A stretch of DNA of 64,000 bases, from positions 78,430,001 to 78,494,000 of the forward strand of contig NC_043003.1 of the NCBI RefSeq assembly GCF_006345805.1. The letters are read 5' to 3'. The stretch's first letter is position 1. Each line of letters begins with the position of its first letter. This DNA comes from Octopus sinensis. Lineage: Eukaryota. The position numbers and the translations under genes are program-made. The notes beneath the pieces are model-generated. The model was not told the origin of the DNA and did not search any database. It saw nothing but the letters and a program-made list of their open reading frames with translations. Below are positions 50,452-63,859 of the stretch, piece after piece.

Positions 50452-50850
50452 TCTTTATATATAAAAGAGAGGTTGTGTGTCTGTCTCCTACGATTTAGAT
50501 TCCTAATTACTCCCACATTTTGCGGTGCAGTTTAACCAAAACCGGGTATCTTATAGTCGTGATTCATATAGAGCCCTTCTGCGTATTAGCGCGCGTCTAC
50601 GATGAGTCTACGATTAAAAAAAAAATTTACCATCATTTTTTTCCCATTTTAATGCATTTTTTCGCTATTATATAAGGGAAGTGACTCTCTAAAAATGTCT
50701 ACGATGAGTCAACGATTTAAAAAAAAATTTACCATCATTTTTTTTCCATTTTTAATGCATTTTTTTGCTATCTTTTGGCTATAACTCTCTAAAAATGCTT
50801 ATACAGTTATTTTCCTTACAAACCCGAGCAACGCCGGGCGATACTGCTAG
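50452..50850 (+). mobile_element. Non-autonomous Helitron-like element, copy 2 (internal duplication)
   Basis: A|TC 5' end, 3' hairpin CCCGAGCAACGCCGGG then CTAG|T. Near-identical to copy 1; the TCTACGATGAGTC...TTTACCATCA block occurs twice. Confidence 0.82.
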
Positions 50851-51184
50851 TTTTTTATAATTAAAAAATACTTAACGTTAAAGCAGGAGATCATTAATCG
50901 AAGTATTACGATATATTATAAATATTATGCAAGGTTTTTCTATCATATAATACTTCTGATATGAAAAAAAAATTACAAATGGCTTATTTAATATCATACT
51001 GTTATATTAGTATCATAAATGTATTCATGCTTTATAAATTACATATGGCTCTGTATTACTCTATTATATTAATATCAAGAAATATATCTTACGTATTAAA
51101 ATCTTTTTAAGTATTGCAATGGCATTAACATGATAAATAAATAGTATATTTTGCACATGATATCAACGTGATATATATATATTT

Positions 51185-51585
51185 CTTTATTGACCACAAG
51201 GGTAAAACATAGAGGGGACAAACAAAGGAATTAACCCGATTACATCACTCCAGTGCGTAACTGGTACTTATTTAATCGACCCCGAAAAGATGAAAAGCAA
51301 AGTCGACCTCGGCGAAATTTGAACTCAGAACGTAACGGTAGATGAAATACCTATTTCTTTATTACCCACAAGGGGCTAAACACAGAGGGGACAAACAAGG
51401 ACAGATATAGGTATTAAGTCGATTACATCGACCCCAGTGCGTAACTGGTACTTATTTAATCGACCCCGAAAAGATGAAAAGCAAAGTCGACCTCGGCGAA
51501 ATTTGAACTCAGAACGTAACGGTAGATGAAATACCGGTAAGCATTTCTCCCGGCGTCCTAACGGTTCTGCCAGCTCGCCGTCTTA
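51185..51585 (-). mobile_element. SINE family B, two near-identical tandem units
   Basis: 51240-51350 and 51420-51535 are nearly identical (shared GGCGAAATTTG and AACGGTAGATG variants). Confidence 0.85.
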
Positions 51586-51664
51586 AAAATATATATATTT
51601 GAAAGTTTATGAGAATTACTTAATACACTTTTGAAGTGTAAAGGTGATTAAAATAAAAAATGCT

Positions 51665-52087
51665 CTCTCTCTCTCTCTTTTACTCTTTTATTCTTTTACT
51701 TGTTTCAGTCATTTGACTGCGGCCATGCTGGAGCACCGCCTTTAGTCGAGCAAATCGACCCCGGGACTTATTCTTTGTAAGCCCAGTACTTATTCTATCG
51801 GTCTCTTTTGCCGAACCGCTAAGTGACGGGGACGTAAACACACCAGCATCGGTTGTCAAGCAATGCTAGGGGGACAAACACAGACACACAAACATATACA
51901 CACACACTTATATATATATACATATATACGACAGGCTTCTTTCAGTTTCCGTCTACCAAATCCACTCACAAGGCATTGGTCGGCCCGGGGCTATAGCAGA
52001 AGACACTTGCCCAAGATGCCACGCAGTGGGACTGAACCCGGAACCATGTGGTTGGTTAGCAAGATACTTACCACACAGCCACTCCTA
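51665..52087 (-). mobile_element. tRNA-derived SINE family A (head GGAGTGGCTGTGTGG, internal TA/TG tract, tail GAAACAAGTAAAAGAG), near full length
   Basis: Pol III A/B-box-like head (TGGCTGTGTGG...GGTTCAGTCCC); collinear with 33195-33583 and 43195-43586. Confidence 0.88.
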
Positions 52088-52170
52088 TCAAATCTTTTAT
52101 CAGAATTTTACTAACCTGTTTTGGGAAGACTCTTTTCTAGTGTGAGCCCTTTCAATTAACCTCTTCAGAC

Positions 52171-52228
<58 letters not shown>

Positions 52229-52236
52229 CACACACA

Positions 52237-52276
<40 letters not shown>

Positions 52277-52349
52277 CGCACACGCACACACACACATAAA
52301 TAATATACATGACGTTACATTATAATGTCATATAATTTTTTCACTATCG

Positions 52350-52960
52350 AGGAAACATGGCTTTATAGGACATGTTGAGGCAATCAACAAGAGGATCAGT
52401 CCACATCATGGCCAGAAATATCTTTGTTAAGGAGGGAGAGCAGTCGAAGAAAAGATTTTAAAAATGTTCTGGTGATTTGCCTACCACGTCCTGAGACTGG
52501 ATGATGTGAGTTAATTTGGAGTAACTGTTGAAATAGTCCCATTACATTTAGAAGATTGAAAAAAAAAAAAACTCCATTTAAATTATTTCTGTGTTGAATA
52601 TACTCCACTGAGGAGATCTAATGAGATCGAAACATGTATGTTACTTTCACCTGACAACCAGATCCAGTCCTAACTGTGCTGTCATTATTTTCTAAAACAA
52701 TTGGTCAAGCGGATATTACTGGAGTCTTGTCTCCTACTTCTTACTTATAGATTGTAAACACCCTCAGAGTAAGGTATATTTCGGGGATGGGGTTGTTCAG
52801 CATCATATGTTGCAACACTACCGCAGATGTATTCCGCATTTGCTTTCAAACATACAAAAAAAAAACTGTCCTGAAGTATTTCTTTTCCATCCCGTATGCA
52901 TGTGTGTGTGTGCGAGAGTGAATGTGTGTGTGTGTGTGTGTGTGTGTGCGAGAGTGAATG

Positions 52961-52991
<31 letters not shown>

Positions 52992-54860
52992 TGTGTGTGC
53001 ATGAGTGTGTGCGTGTGCCTATATGTGTTTACGAGAATTTGGCCTGTAGGGCTATAATGATAAGAAAGTAGATGAAGCCTGTACCTTCATGAACCCTGTA
53101 TTCTTAATTCCCCGCTGAACTCATTGCTGACTCTATCCTTGTTGCACTTCTGCACATGGTTTGTACGGCCTTCATACGAGTTTCTTAAGAGGCTGTCATA
53201 CTACAGAGTATAGAACTCATGTCGTCAAATGTTAGAATATAAGATCTTTGCTAGTCCACAAAATGGAATAAGCAGGACAAGAGGAGATACATGGGACAGG
53301 GAGTCACTGATGAAGTCACAGAATGTGTGGCGAAAGAACTTTGATAGACGTATAAACAAAAGATAATACGAATAAAAACTAAATTGAAGATCAAATAAAT
53401 AGTGCATTGGGCTAAAAATGACCATCCCCCCACAAAAAACAATATCTTTTTCAACACGATTTCGCATAAAAATTCTTGCCACAAACATATAAACGTATCT
53501 AAGTTAAGTTGTTCTATAGCTGTTTCGCTAAGAAGGTGGCTCCACTAGTACTTTTTCTTCGCAAGAAGTTAAAACGCATCTAATCTAGATACTTCCCTTC
53601 TATGTAAGGCCTTTATGGCCAATATAATGAATAAAGAAGTTAAAACGCATCCAATCTAGATTAATTCACTTCTTAATCAAATCTGCAATGACTCTTTTTG
53701 TAACGTTCAAAGCCTGGTCCAACAGCTGAGGTATCTGTATTATCCTCTCTTTATTGCACCATATCTTCTGCCCTTGCAGCAGCTGGCAATAATACCTGAT
53801 TGGTTGTACAACTTATTAGCATGTGCCTTACTTCGGTACATAATTTAGTTCCCTCAAATATTATTTCTAGATTATCAAATGCCTTCACTGTCTTTACGTC
53901 CTTAATTACGTTTGCTATCCCGCTTCTATCGACTGAAATATCTTGCCTCTGTGAAGGTCCTCATTCCTTCATGCATTCTCGTTCAATAATTCCTCATAAC
54001 TGCATTTTCCTATCACTTTCTTTTCAATATCAGTAATAACAAGAGAACCGTTATCAATATGTACACACTTTTCCCCAACGTATCTCGATTCTCTCTATAG
54101 TGCATTGCCTTGTAATCTGTAATATTACACTGGAAAATATTTTACTTTCTGATTCTCATTCTACCAAGTATACCTGATACTTAGCTTTTCGTTTTGCAAC
54201 TTAATTTTCTTCTCTGTTGCTCCCTTGCTTTCAGTATTTCCATGTCTGTCTCTAAGATTTAAGGGACCACTCTATTATTCTCTTTACCACTATGTTTACT
54301 TCTGTCTAGTGGGAACTTTGCTCCAGTCACTGATCTGATTCATAGCTCACGGCAAGTTATCTGAAAGATAACTTGGCTCTTTAAGAGTCCAAATCTCCCC
54401 TATCTCTTTGCTTGAAGTCACTAACCATTAGTCAGTGTTTGGTGGTACATTCTTCAGCAGGGAATGGCCCAGCATTCACAACCATTTGTCTATTCCATTT
54501 CTTGGTGAGAATGAACATTATCTCGCTTGTGTGTTTACCTGATTTGTAGATGGTCAGGTAGCCGGTCTATTTCCTGAAGCTCGTGTTTATGAATTGCCAA
54601 GTTATTGGTGTCACAAAACTGTACGAACCTTGATCACTACTCAATCCTCGAGCAAAAAACCTATAACCCCCATACACAACATAAAGCCCATTTTGGTATT
54701 GCCCAAACATGTCCTTTAAAGCTATCTGCCACGATAATGAGGTCACTGCTGTTCATTTTGGAGGTCGTCTACATAAAACCTACATGAGAGCCTCATAAAA
54801 CCGGTCCTTTTGTTCATCCACCTGACCACACTGTGCAACGTTTGCAAAGTTAAATGCTGT
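52350..54860 (-). mobile_element. RTE-clade LINE, heavily degraded (APE plus RT remnants)
   Basis: Remnants in order: DLIIVADSFKGHV; NTSFRK.TGYLTIYKSGKHTSEI; IANVIKDVKTVKA; LLDQALNVTKRVIADLIK; KSTSGATFLAKQL; KAVQTMCRSA...VHEG...LIIIALQA; LLSLLNKDIS. Interrupted by (TG)n and a small ribozyme-bearing insert. Confidence 0.75.
52606..52640 (+). ncRNA. Minimal type-I hammerhead ribozyme motif (weak stem I)
   Basis: CA-CUGAGGA-GAUCU(AAUG)AGAUC-GAAA-C(AU)G-UA^UG: intact core and 5-bp stem II, only 2-bp stem I. Confidence 0.55.
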
Positions 54861-56951
54861 CGTATAATCTAAGCTTGCCGTATTACTTAATCTTAATCAT
54901 TTTATTACACACTTTGACTACCTTGACATCGATATAAGTGTTATGTGTCTGCGTGTGTGTATAAGTATTGCCAACTTCATTCAGTCATTGTCGATTTACT
55001 TCTGTCATCGGCTTATCTATACTGATCGTAGGCAGAGCTGCTCGCAGGATGGATGGGTTGCTCGTGCGGTCAGACTATCATTCTTGATCATCACTGGCAC
55101 TTATTAATATGTATAGGTATTACACATACTCATATAAAGTATGTGTGTGTGTACCTCTACGTATCTGTGTGTGTCTGTGTGTATTTTCATATGTATACAA
55201 AACCTTCCTAAAGTTTAACTTCTAAATTACATATTTCTCATTCACATGGAAGAACTGCATAACTTAATGGATGGCATACTTGTAAATGTAGGTATGCATT
55301 AAATGCACATACAAATCCATGGTAACATATATATACTATACATATATACATGCAACCTTCGCGTTTTCGAGAAATACTAGATTCCACAATCTCTGGTATT
55401 TTCCCACAGCCTCCACACAACTAGAACATTGGCAAAATCACATCGCAAAGGCAAGTTTTTGTTATCGTGACCAGAAAAGTAGTTCACTAATAGTTGTTAG
55501 TCTTTGTGTTTCCCACATCAGTGTATCTTTGACTGGCCCGTTTCCACACACAAACATATTGATGATAGCAACTTTGAGTAGCTAAGACACTCTGGTCATT
55601 GCGATATAACCACTGTCACGGTGACACTTGTATTATCGCTACTGCAACAGCTCCCCTTCCACGAATCACTAAACTCTGTATTAACTCCTCTTCCTCCCCA
55701 CTTACCCTCAATATTAGCCATATCCCTTGTTCCTCAACTTGTTGTCCCTGACTCTCAAAACTCAGCACTAAATAGATCGTTCAGATTTCTATTCTCAGAA
55801 CAGATGAAATCCTCTCGAACTTTCTCCCTTCATATGCACATATTTTTGTTTCGTTAAAGATCAACCCTGAATCAATAGACCTTTGGTCAAAGGCGTTCCA
55901 GATATGATCTGCCTGTCTTTTTAGGGGTGTGTTCATGATTACATTATCTGTGTCCTTCTTAAGTGCCCTATGTCCTATATATGATTTGCTGCAATTTTAG
56001 CAAGTGAAAGTAGAATTTATTGGGTGTATAGACTTCTGCAGACACCAGCTTTAACACTACCATCAGGCTCTAGGGTACCTTTAGCGAAGTTCTGTAGGAT
56101 AGCAGGACTAATTTGTCATCTTGGTTAACCCCATCAGCTTTTCCTTGTTGCCTTAAAAGAGACCCGTCGGACGGTAAAACTGATCTGCTACTGTGATTTA
56201 CACCAGCGACTAGTACTAGGTGTTTTATCCTGCCAGGTAAAAGGATTAACCTGCCACCTTGTTTAACACGACCACCTGCCCCCTAGGTGTACTTAAAGAT
56301 TCCTATCTAGGAAAAGGACTACCCAATTTAAACCCACCTGGCGTCCTTGTGTACCTTTAACGGCGTCCACTCTATGGCAAATATTCAGTGCAATCGCCGG
56401 AGTAAATATAATTATTTTATATCTTCATATACATCACCTCTTACAGTAGTAATATGTGATCATATTTTTCTCTTTTTAAATCCAATTTCAGTACAGAACT
56501 GTCAAGGGCATTGCAGAGGTCAAGAGAACTGCTGAGTTCAAGGTGACTGCAAAGGTCAAAGGCAATGTGATGATCAAGGTCTAAGGAAGTCATTAAACAA
56601 ATCGAATAAAATCAGCTCCAGTATATGACTGGTATTTGTATTAACCATTGAGGAATTGATGTAAAGGGACGGAACTAAATAAAACGAAACCTTAGCTCGA
56701 TGTTCTAACGACTTGACACTTAATAAATAAAACATCTCTTTCTATCACACTTACACACACACACACACACACGCGCGCACACACACAAATATATATTCGC
56801 ACACACTCACACATATATCTATACAGTATTTACGTATATTTCCATTTATGTTTGTATGTTTGTATGCATGTATGCATATGTATATAAGTGTGTGTGTGCA
56901 TGCGTGTGCATGACATGTATATCTATATATGTATGTATGTGTGCGTGTGTG

Positions 56952-57027
<76 letters not shown>

Positions 57028-57072
57028 CAGAGATGGATAGATAAATAGATAGATAGATAGATAGATAGATAG

Positions 57073-57111
<39 letters not shown>

Positions 57112-57116
57112 CAGAA

Positions 57117-57184
<68 letters not shown>
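56952..57184. repeat. (GATA)n array
   Basis: Direct reading. Other (GATA/TATC)n arrays lie at 25637-25700, 26150-26212, 60355-60453 and 63256-63334. Confidence 0.95.
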
Positions 57185-57349
57185 GGAGGGAGGGAGGGTA
57201 AGTGAAACGAACCACCTGAACCTAGAGCTCTTTTAGCAATCCAACCGGGATAATCTCCTTAAGGATAATCTCCACTTTTTACTCACAAACCTTCGAGAAG
57301 CTGAATGGACTAACGGATGCTGCTCGTTCTTTTCTCATTATCTTTTTTT

Positions 57350-57566
57350 TTACTTGTTTCAGCCATTAGATTGCGGCCATGCTGGGGCACCGCCTGGAAA
57401 AATATTTAGCCGAATTTATCCTACTTATCGGTTTCTTTTGCCGAATCGCTAAGTTACAGGTACGTAAACACACCCGCACCGGTTGTCAAGCTGTAATGGT
57501 AGTAGTGGTAGTAGTAGTAGTGGTGGGGCAAACACAGACACAAAGACACTCACACACACACACATG

Positions 57567-57634
<68 letters not shown>

Positions 57635-58160
57635 ACAGGCTTCTTTCAGTTTCTGTCTTCTAAATCCACTCACAAGGCTTTGGTTGGCCCTCGTCTATAG
57701 AAGATGACACTTGTCCAATTGCCACGCGATGGGACTGAACCTGGAACCATGTGGTTGGGAAGCAAACTTCTTGCCACACAGTCACGCCAGCGCCTAAAGG
57801 TAAAAGAACCTCTTTCAATCATTTGACTGTGGCCATAATGGGCCATCACCTCGAAGAATTTTTGTCAAACGAATCCACCCTGTACTTATTTTTGAAGTCT
57901 GGTACTTATTCTATTGTTCTGTTTTGCCGAAGCGCTAAGTTACAAGGACGTGAACACACTAAGCGGCGGTGGGGGACAAACACACACACACACACACGGC
58001 GGGCTTCTTTCAGTTTCCGTCTACCAAATCCACTCGCAAGGTTTTGGTCGGCCCAAAACTATAGTGGAAAACATTTTCTCAAAGTGCCACGGAGTTGGAC
58101 TGAACCCGGAACCATGTGGTTGTGAAGCAATCGTTTTACCACACAGCCACGACTCTGCCT
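57350..58160 (-). mobile_element. Two adjacent SINE family A copies
   Basis: Tail-to-head pattern at 57350-57800 and again at 57815-58160. Confidence 0.8.
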
Positions 58161-58395
58161 ACATAGAGTTGAAATACCGTAATGTGTAATGACATGAAAT
58201 GAAACGTGGCCATACAGACTGTTTTATGTTTAACTACACTACATAACAGTGAGCCAACGAGGGAACTTCTACGTGGTCGCCCTACAAGCTAGAAATAACA
58301 ACTTTCACCCTGTCATGTTTTGTTAAAGGACGCATTGGAAAGTGGTGTTCAAATGGCACTATGACAGCAGAGAAAATAGATGGTTAGAATTCTGG

Positions 58396-58917
58396 TTTAA
58401 GTAACACATATAACCCTTTTAACTTCTATTTTTTTGAATTTTCGGAAAATCTTTGGGGGTTTGTGTTTTACTCACGGGAGTTCATATGGGTATGCAATAA
58501 ATAAATAAATAAATAAATAAATAAATGTGTGTGATTTAAGAACGATTTAGTTGTTTTTAGCACATCTCACGACCACCTGATACCTTCCTCGTTTCTTTGT
58601 CACTCTGATATGCATTGATGTTTTTCAATATTTTTCTCCACATAAACACGTTTTATGGAATGATGATTCACCAAAGGGTGGTTCATTGCTGGAATTTAAG
58701 CAAAAATTTCCGACTGTCCGTTTCTTAAACTCTGATTTTAAAATGACAATTCGAAAAAGAGTGGAACTTTTAGGATTTATGACAAGTGGAGGCTTAAAAA
58801 AAAAATTAATATATATAATTGTATGAATTCTCGTGTGTAGAACACAAATTCACAATAATTTTCTGAAAATTCGAAAAAATCTAAAATGTTATGAGGGGTT
58901 ATATAAGGGTGCTTAGA
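58396..58917. mobile_element. MITE-like element with ~90-bp degenerate TIRs
   Basis: 58396-58483 and 58825-58917 align as inverted repeats (ATATAACCCC, GAATTTTC.GAAAAT, TTTGTGTT motifs). Confidence 0.6.
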
Positions 58918-59090
58918 CCAGAATCCCACCAATAGACAGTATATTGTATGAGGTAAAGTCAAGCAAAATATATTGCAGTATTTAGGTACCACATTTTACA
59001 TACGGAGGTCAATGGATCGGTCATCCATCAGTAATCGACGAAAGTATATATCAGTGAAGTACGGGGTCTGATTTCATATTCTTATAAAAC

Positions 59091-59249
59091 TAGGGCCGTC
59101 TTAATATTATAGGGTCCCTGGCACAGCAGCACACATGTGACCGGCCCTTTATATTCACCTGTAGTACACATAGATGATTATAAGGACCTCTAGACATATG
59201 GGGGACCCCGGGTCACTATCTAATGTGCCCTTGTCTTAAGATGGTACTG
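59091..59249. mobile_element. Possible short MITE (AGGGCCGTCTTAA terminus)
   Basis: AGGGCCGTCTTAA versus TTAAGATGGTACT (10/13 complementary). No TSD. Confidence 0.35.
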
Positions 59250-59459
59250 CTCAAAGGATCTTAGTCGTGAAAGGGATTATATCGGAATAAAAGAGAGCTA
59301 AAAAAAAAAGCTTCACTATAGGTTTACTTCATCAGGAAACATGAAGTCGATAAAGCCTGTACGAGGTTATGCGACCAGCTAGAAATACCAATCAAATTCC
59401 CCTCAACAGCAATCTTAAAATTGGAGATATATATTGGTTGATGTAGACTTAGATATAGA

Positions 59460-59627
59460 CTATGTTAATATATAGATATATGTGCAAGTGTGTGTGTTTG
59501 CGTGTGTGTGTGTGTGTGTGTGTGAGGGTGTGTGAGTATGTGTGTGTGAGCGTGTGTGTATGTGTGTGTAAATATATACGCGTATATGTATGTATGCATG
59601 CATATCTGCATGTGTGTATGTATATAT

Positions 59628-59685
<58 letters not shown>

Positions 59686-60382
59686 ATATATGTATATGTA
59701 TATATATATATATGCATATATGTATATATGTATATGAATGAGTTTGTATATATGTCTGTATGTATGTATGTATGTATGTATGTATGTATGTATGTATGTA
59801 TGTATGTATGTATGTATGTATGCTTGTGTGTGTGTATGTATGTATGTATGTATGTATGTATGTACGCATGCATGTATAGCTAAGTACACTACATGACAAA
59901 GAACTCCTTTAGTGCTCTTTCAACGGCCCAACATGTTTCAGGAGTTTAAAACACTAACTCAGTGTTTGTGAGCGCATGTGCGTGTATGCGCGTCTATCTC
60001 TCTATATGTATGTAAGTACATAGATTTCTCACTGTGTCTATCCGTCTGCATACTCCTATGCTTCTATGGTAATGTGAACGTATGTATGCATTTATCTATC
60101 CATGAGCTGGACTATTCATTTCTTTATATGCATGCGTATTTGCTGGCATATCTCCTCTCTCACAAACACCCTCTCATACACACACGCACATTCACTCTCA
60201 CAGCATACATACATGCATACATACATACATACATACATACATACATACATACATACATACATACATACATACACATACATATATACATACATACATACGC
60301 ACATACATACATACACTCAGGCATGCATAATGCATATTATCTCTATATATCTAGATAGAAATAGATAGACAGACAGACAGAC

Positions 60383-60454
<72 letters not shown>

Positions 60455-60485
60455 CAGTTTTTTGCCAGTCTAGGATATATGTAGG

Positions 60486-60569
<84 letters not shown>

Positions 60570-60570
60570 C
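59460..60570. repeat. Compound microsatellite field (TG, TA, TATG, TACA, GATA)
   Basis: Direct reading. Confidence 0.9.
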
Positions 60571-60991
60571 CTACATATATTCTTATGAATATATGCAGCG
60601 TGCATGTAAATATGAATATATGCATGCATGTCTGTCTGTATGTATGTATGTAATAGATGTCAGTGTGTATGTATATATATATTTGTAATACAATTAAACT
60701 AAGATCGCTCAATAATGATATCTGCCATCGACTCGGTTCCACTGTTGTTTTAATAAGAGGGTATCAGTCGATTAAATCGATTGACCCAAAACATGACTGG
60801 TACCTATTATCATCGACCCCGGGCGTGTAAAATGCATAAGCTCAAACACAAAGGGACCTAAGTCAATACCACCAGGCATTTTTGCTGAAACCTCTTATAA
60901 TTCTACAAATACCTCATATCCGGAGTATCTCTCAGAGTTCAAGAGGGAAAAGTCAACCGATATCATTATCAATTGATCCTATAGGGGGTCA

Positions 60992-61380
60992 GTGGAGGCG
61001 CAATGGCCCAGTGGTTAGGGCAGCGGACTCGCGGACATAGGATCGCGGTTTCGATTCTCAGACCGGGCCTTGTGAGTGTTTATTGAGCGAAAACACCTAA
61101 AAGTTCCACGAGGCTCCGGCAGGGGATGGTGGTGATCCCTGCTGTACTCTTTCACCACAACTTTCTCTCACTCTTACTTCCTGTTTCTGTTGTACCTGTA
61201 TTTCAAGGGGCCGGCCTTGTCACTCTCTGTGTCACGCTGAATATCCCCGAGAACTACGTTAAGGGTACACGTGTCTGTGGAGTGCTCAGCCACTTACACG
61301 TTAATTTCACGAGCAGGCTGTTCCGTTGATTCGGATCAACCGGAACCCTCATCGTCGTAACCGACGGAGTGCTTCCATCC
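60992..61380 (+). mobile_element. tRNA-derived SINE family C, full length with TSD
   Basis: Head GTGGAGGCGCAATGGCCCAGTGGTTAGGGCAGCGGACTCGCGG...GGTTTCGATTC. TSD ATAGGGGGTCA (60981-60991) versus ATAGGGGTTCA (61381-61391). Confidence 0.88.
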
Positions 61381-61699
61381 ATAGGGGTTCAAGACACTTA
61401 TATTCAGCGTAGCAATATTCTGAATTTACTGTTTCCGTTCAGAGCTGCGACGGAAGCCAGGAAATTAAATAATAAATAATCACAAATGGTAATTAAACGG
61501 TTGTTGTCAGAGTTAGTGGTACCAGAATCATGCTCGAGCATTATTTGCCGTATCCACTTCTTAACTTTATCAACCGTTTATTATTATCTAAAAGTTATAT
61601 ATTAACTATATAGCTATATATAAGAGCTGTACATTAACTTTATAGTTATAGTTATAGAGTGTACGTATAATCTTACAATTTAACTATTTTTTTATACAC

Positions 61700-61827
61700 A
61701 CACACCACACTTCATTTAATATACATACATGCACAGACGCACACCCACCCAGACTTTATATATATATACATATACATACTTACATACATACATACATATA
61801 TATATATTATTTATATATGTATATATA

Positions 61828-61871
<44 letters not shown>

Positions 61872-62549
61872 ATATATATATATATATATTATAGACACAC
61901 ACCACATATATATATGTACGTATATATAGGCACAAATACATACTTTATATATACATATAGAAAAATAAACACACACGTACACACATGTATATATATATCG
62001 GTTTGTGTATGTGTGTGTGTGTGTGTGTTTATGTGTGTGTGTTTATGTGTGTGTGTGCGTCTGAGTATGTGTATATTGGTGTCCGTTGCTTATCGCACTG
62101 AGTACGTATGAACGCAAATACGTAAACATACAACAACGCTGCCCACACACATACGAACACAGACACAAACACACAAACACACACACATTCAGACACATAA
62201 ACACACACACACATTTAAACACATCTTTATAATACTTTATAATATACACTGACATTATTACTTTCCTTACAGATTAATGAGTAGCACGTGTGTCTGCTGC
62301 AGAATGGTAAATATGTGTGGTCTCTTGAGCGGATGGCGGCATTCAAATGTGGTGGGGCTTTGTTATAGTAGCTATTTCTATATTTTGTTGGAATATTACA
62401 TCGACAGACAAGCCACGTACACAAACAAGTCAGACACTTTACATATACACAGATAGGCAATTCAAAGATAAATATCAGAGACTTGTGTGTGTATATATAT
62501 ATATATATATATCATCATATATATATATATACATATATTATATATATAC

Positions 62550-62588
<39 letters not shown>

Positions 62589-62951
62589 TGTTATACAAAT
62601 ACTCAATAAACACACAACACATACAACCGATATATATATATGTACATGTGTGTCTCTATGTGTGTACGTGTGTGGTACATATTTCTATATGTATGTATAC
62701 AAGTTGTATTTATGCCTATATATATGTATACAACACACACACACACACAATATATATATATATTATATATATATATATATTATATATATTATATATCTAT
62801 AATATATATATATATTATATTATATATACAGATATATATGTGTGAGTAGGTGCACGCACGCGAGTGTGTGGGTTGTGTACGTATGTCTATCTCTCGATAT
62901 ATATATGTATATATTACATATATATGCATGTATGTATGAATATATAATATA
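61700..62951. repeat. Compound TA/CA microsatellite field leading into the gap
   Basis: Direct reading. Confidence 0.88.
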
Positions 62952-63051
62952 NNNNNNNNNNNNNNNNNNNNNNNNNNNNNNNNNNNNNNNNNNNNNNNNN
63001 NNNNNNNNNNNNNNNNNNNNNNNNNNNNNNNNNNNNNNNNNNNNNNNNNNN
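62952..63051. other. Assembly gap (100 N)
   Basis: Exactly 100 N, the usual placeholder for a gap of unknown size. Confidence 0.99.
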
Positions 63052-63255
63052 TCTTTACTACCCACAAGGAGCTAAACACAGAGGGGACAAATAAGAACAG
63101 ACAAACGGATTAAGTCGATTACATCGACCCCAGTGCGTAACTGGTACTTAATTTATCGACCTCGGCGGAATTTGAACCCAGAACGTAACGGCAGACGAAA
63201 TACGGCTACGCATTTCGCCCGGCGTGCTAACGTTTCTGCCAGCTCGCCGCCTTAA
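63052..63255 (-). mobile_element. SINE family B, abutting the assembly gap
   Basis: Ends CTGCCAGCTCGCCGCCTT (reverse complement of the head) at ~63253. Confidence 0.82.
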
Positions 63256-63276
63256 GATAGATAGATAGATAGATAG

Positions 63277-63334
<58 letters not shown>

Positions 63335-63459
63335 CGTTTTTTTTTTTTTTGGACATTTTGTATAATGGGGATAATATAACTAAACAGAATACTATTTTAT
63401 ATTACGGAGATGTACTCGCATAGCAAGTGATTTGATCTGAGATCGTGTGCTGAAACGAA

Positions 63460-63732
63460 AACAATTGCAGCGTGGAAGGTGTTTGTAAGCCGTTTAAGAA
63501 ACACACAAAAGCCGTTCGATTCACTTTTGTCAAAATATTTTCGTCGCTAAAATCCGCGACCTGTTCACTGATAAAAATCCGTGCTGCATCCGTGCTACTC
63601 AGATGCAGCACGGATTTTTGTCAGTGAACAGGTCGCGGATTTTAGCGACGAAAATATTTTGACAAAAGTGAATCGAACGGCTTTTGTGTGTTTCTTAAAT
63701 GGCTTACAAACACCTTCCACGCTGCAATTGTT
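63460..63732. repeat. Near-perfect palindrome (131-bp arms, 11-nt loop)
   Basis: 63460-63590 and 63602-63732 are reverse complements with 2 mismatches; the ORF track shows the same peptide on both strands. Confidence 0.95.
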
Positions 63733-63859
63733 ATTGTATATTATATATTTATATAAATATCTTAGTTGTTGTTGTCGTTGTTGTTCATAATGAGTTGTTA
63801 CTATGTCAGCTTTTGAGTCGTTGGATCGTTGTGTTTATACTTGCAGCAGCAGCATTATT

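Noticed and set aside
53302-53346. CUGAUGA...GAAA hammerhead-like string
   Set aside because: Extra nucleotide before stem II, a poor CUU cleavage triplet, and it lies within antisense RTE coding remnant; likely chance.
55600-56360. Possible LINE 5' region or second RTE fragment
   Set aside because: Only faint motif similarity; boundaries and class cannot be supported by eye.
60992-61070. tRNA-like sequences with A and B boxes (also 19640, 30450, 33195)
   Set aside because: These are SINE heads continuing into SINE bodies, with no complete cloverleaf; not called as tRNA genes.
63581-63790. Two ORFs with nearly identical peptides on opposite strands
   Set aside because: A consequence of the DNA palindrome, not a gene pair.
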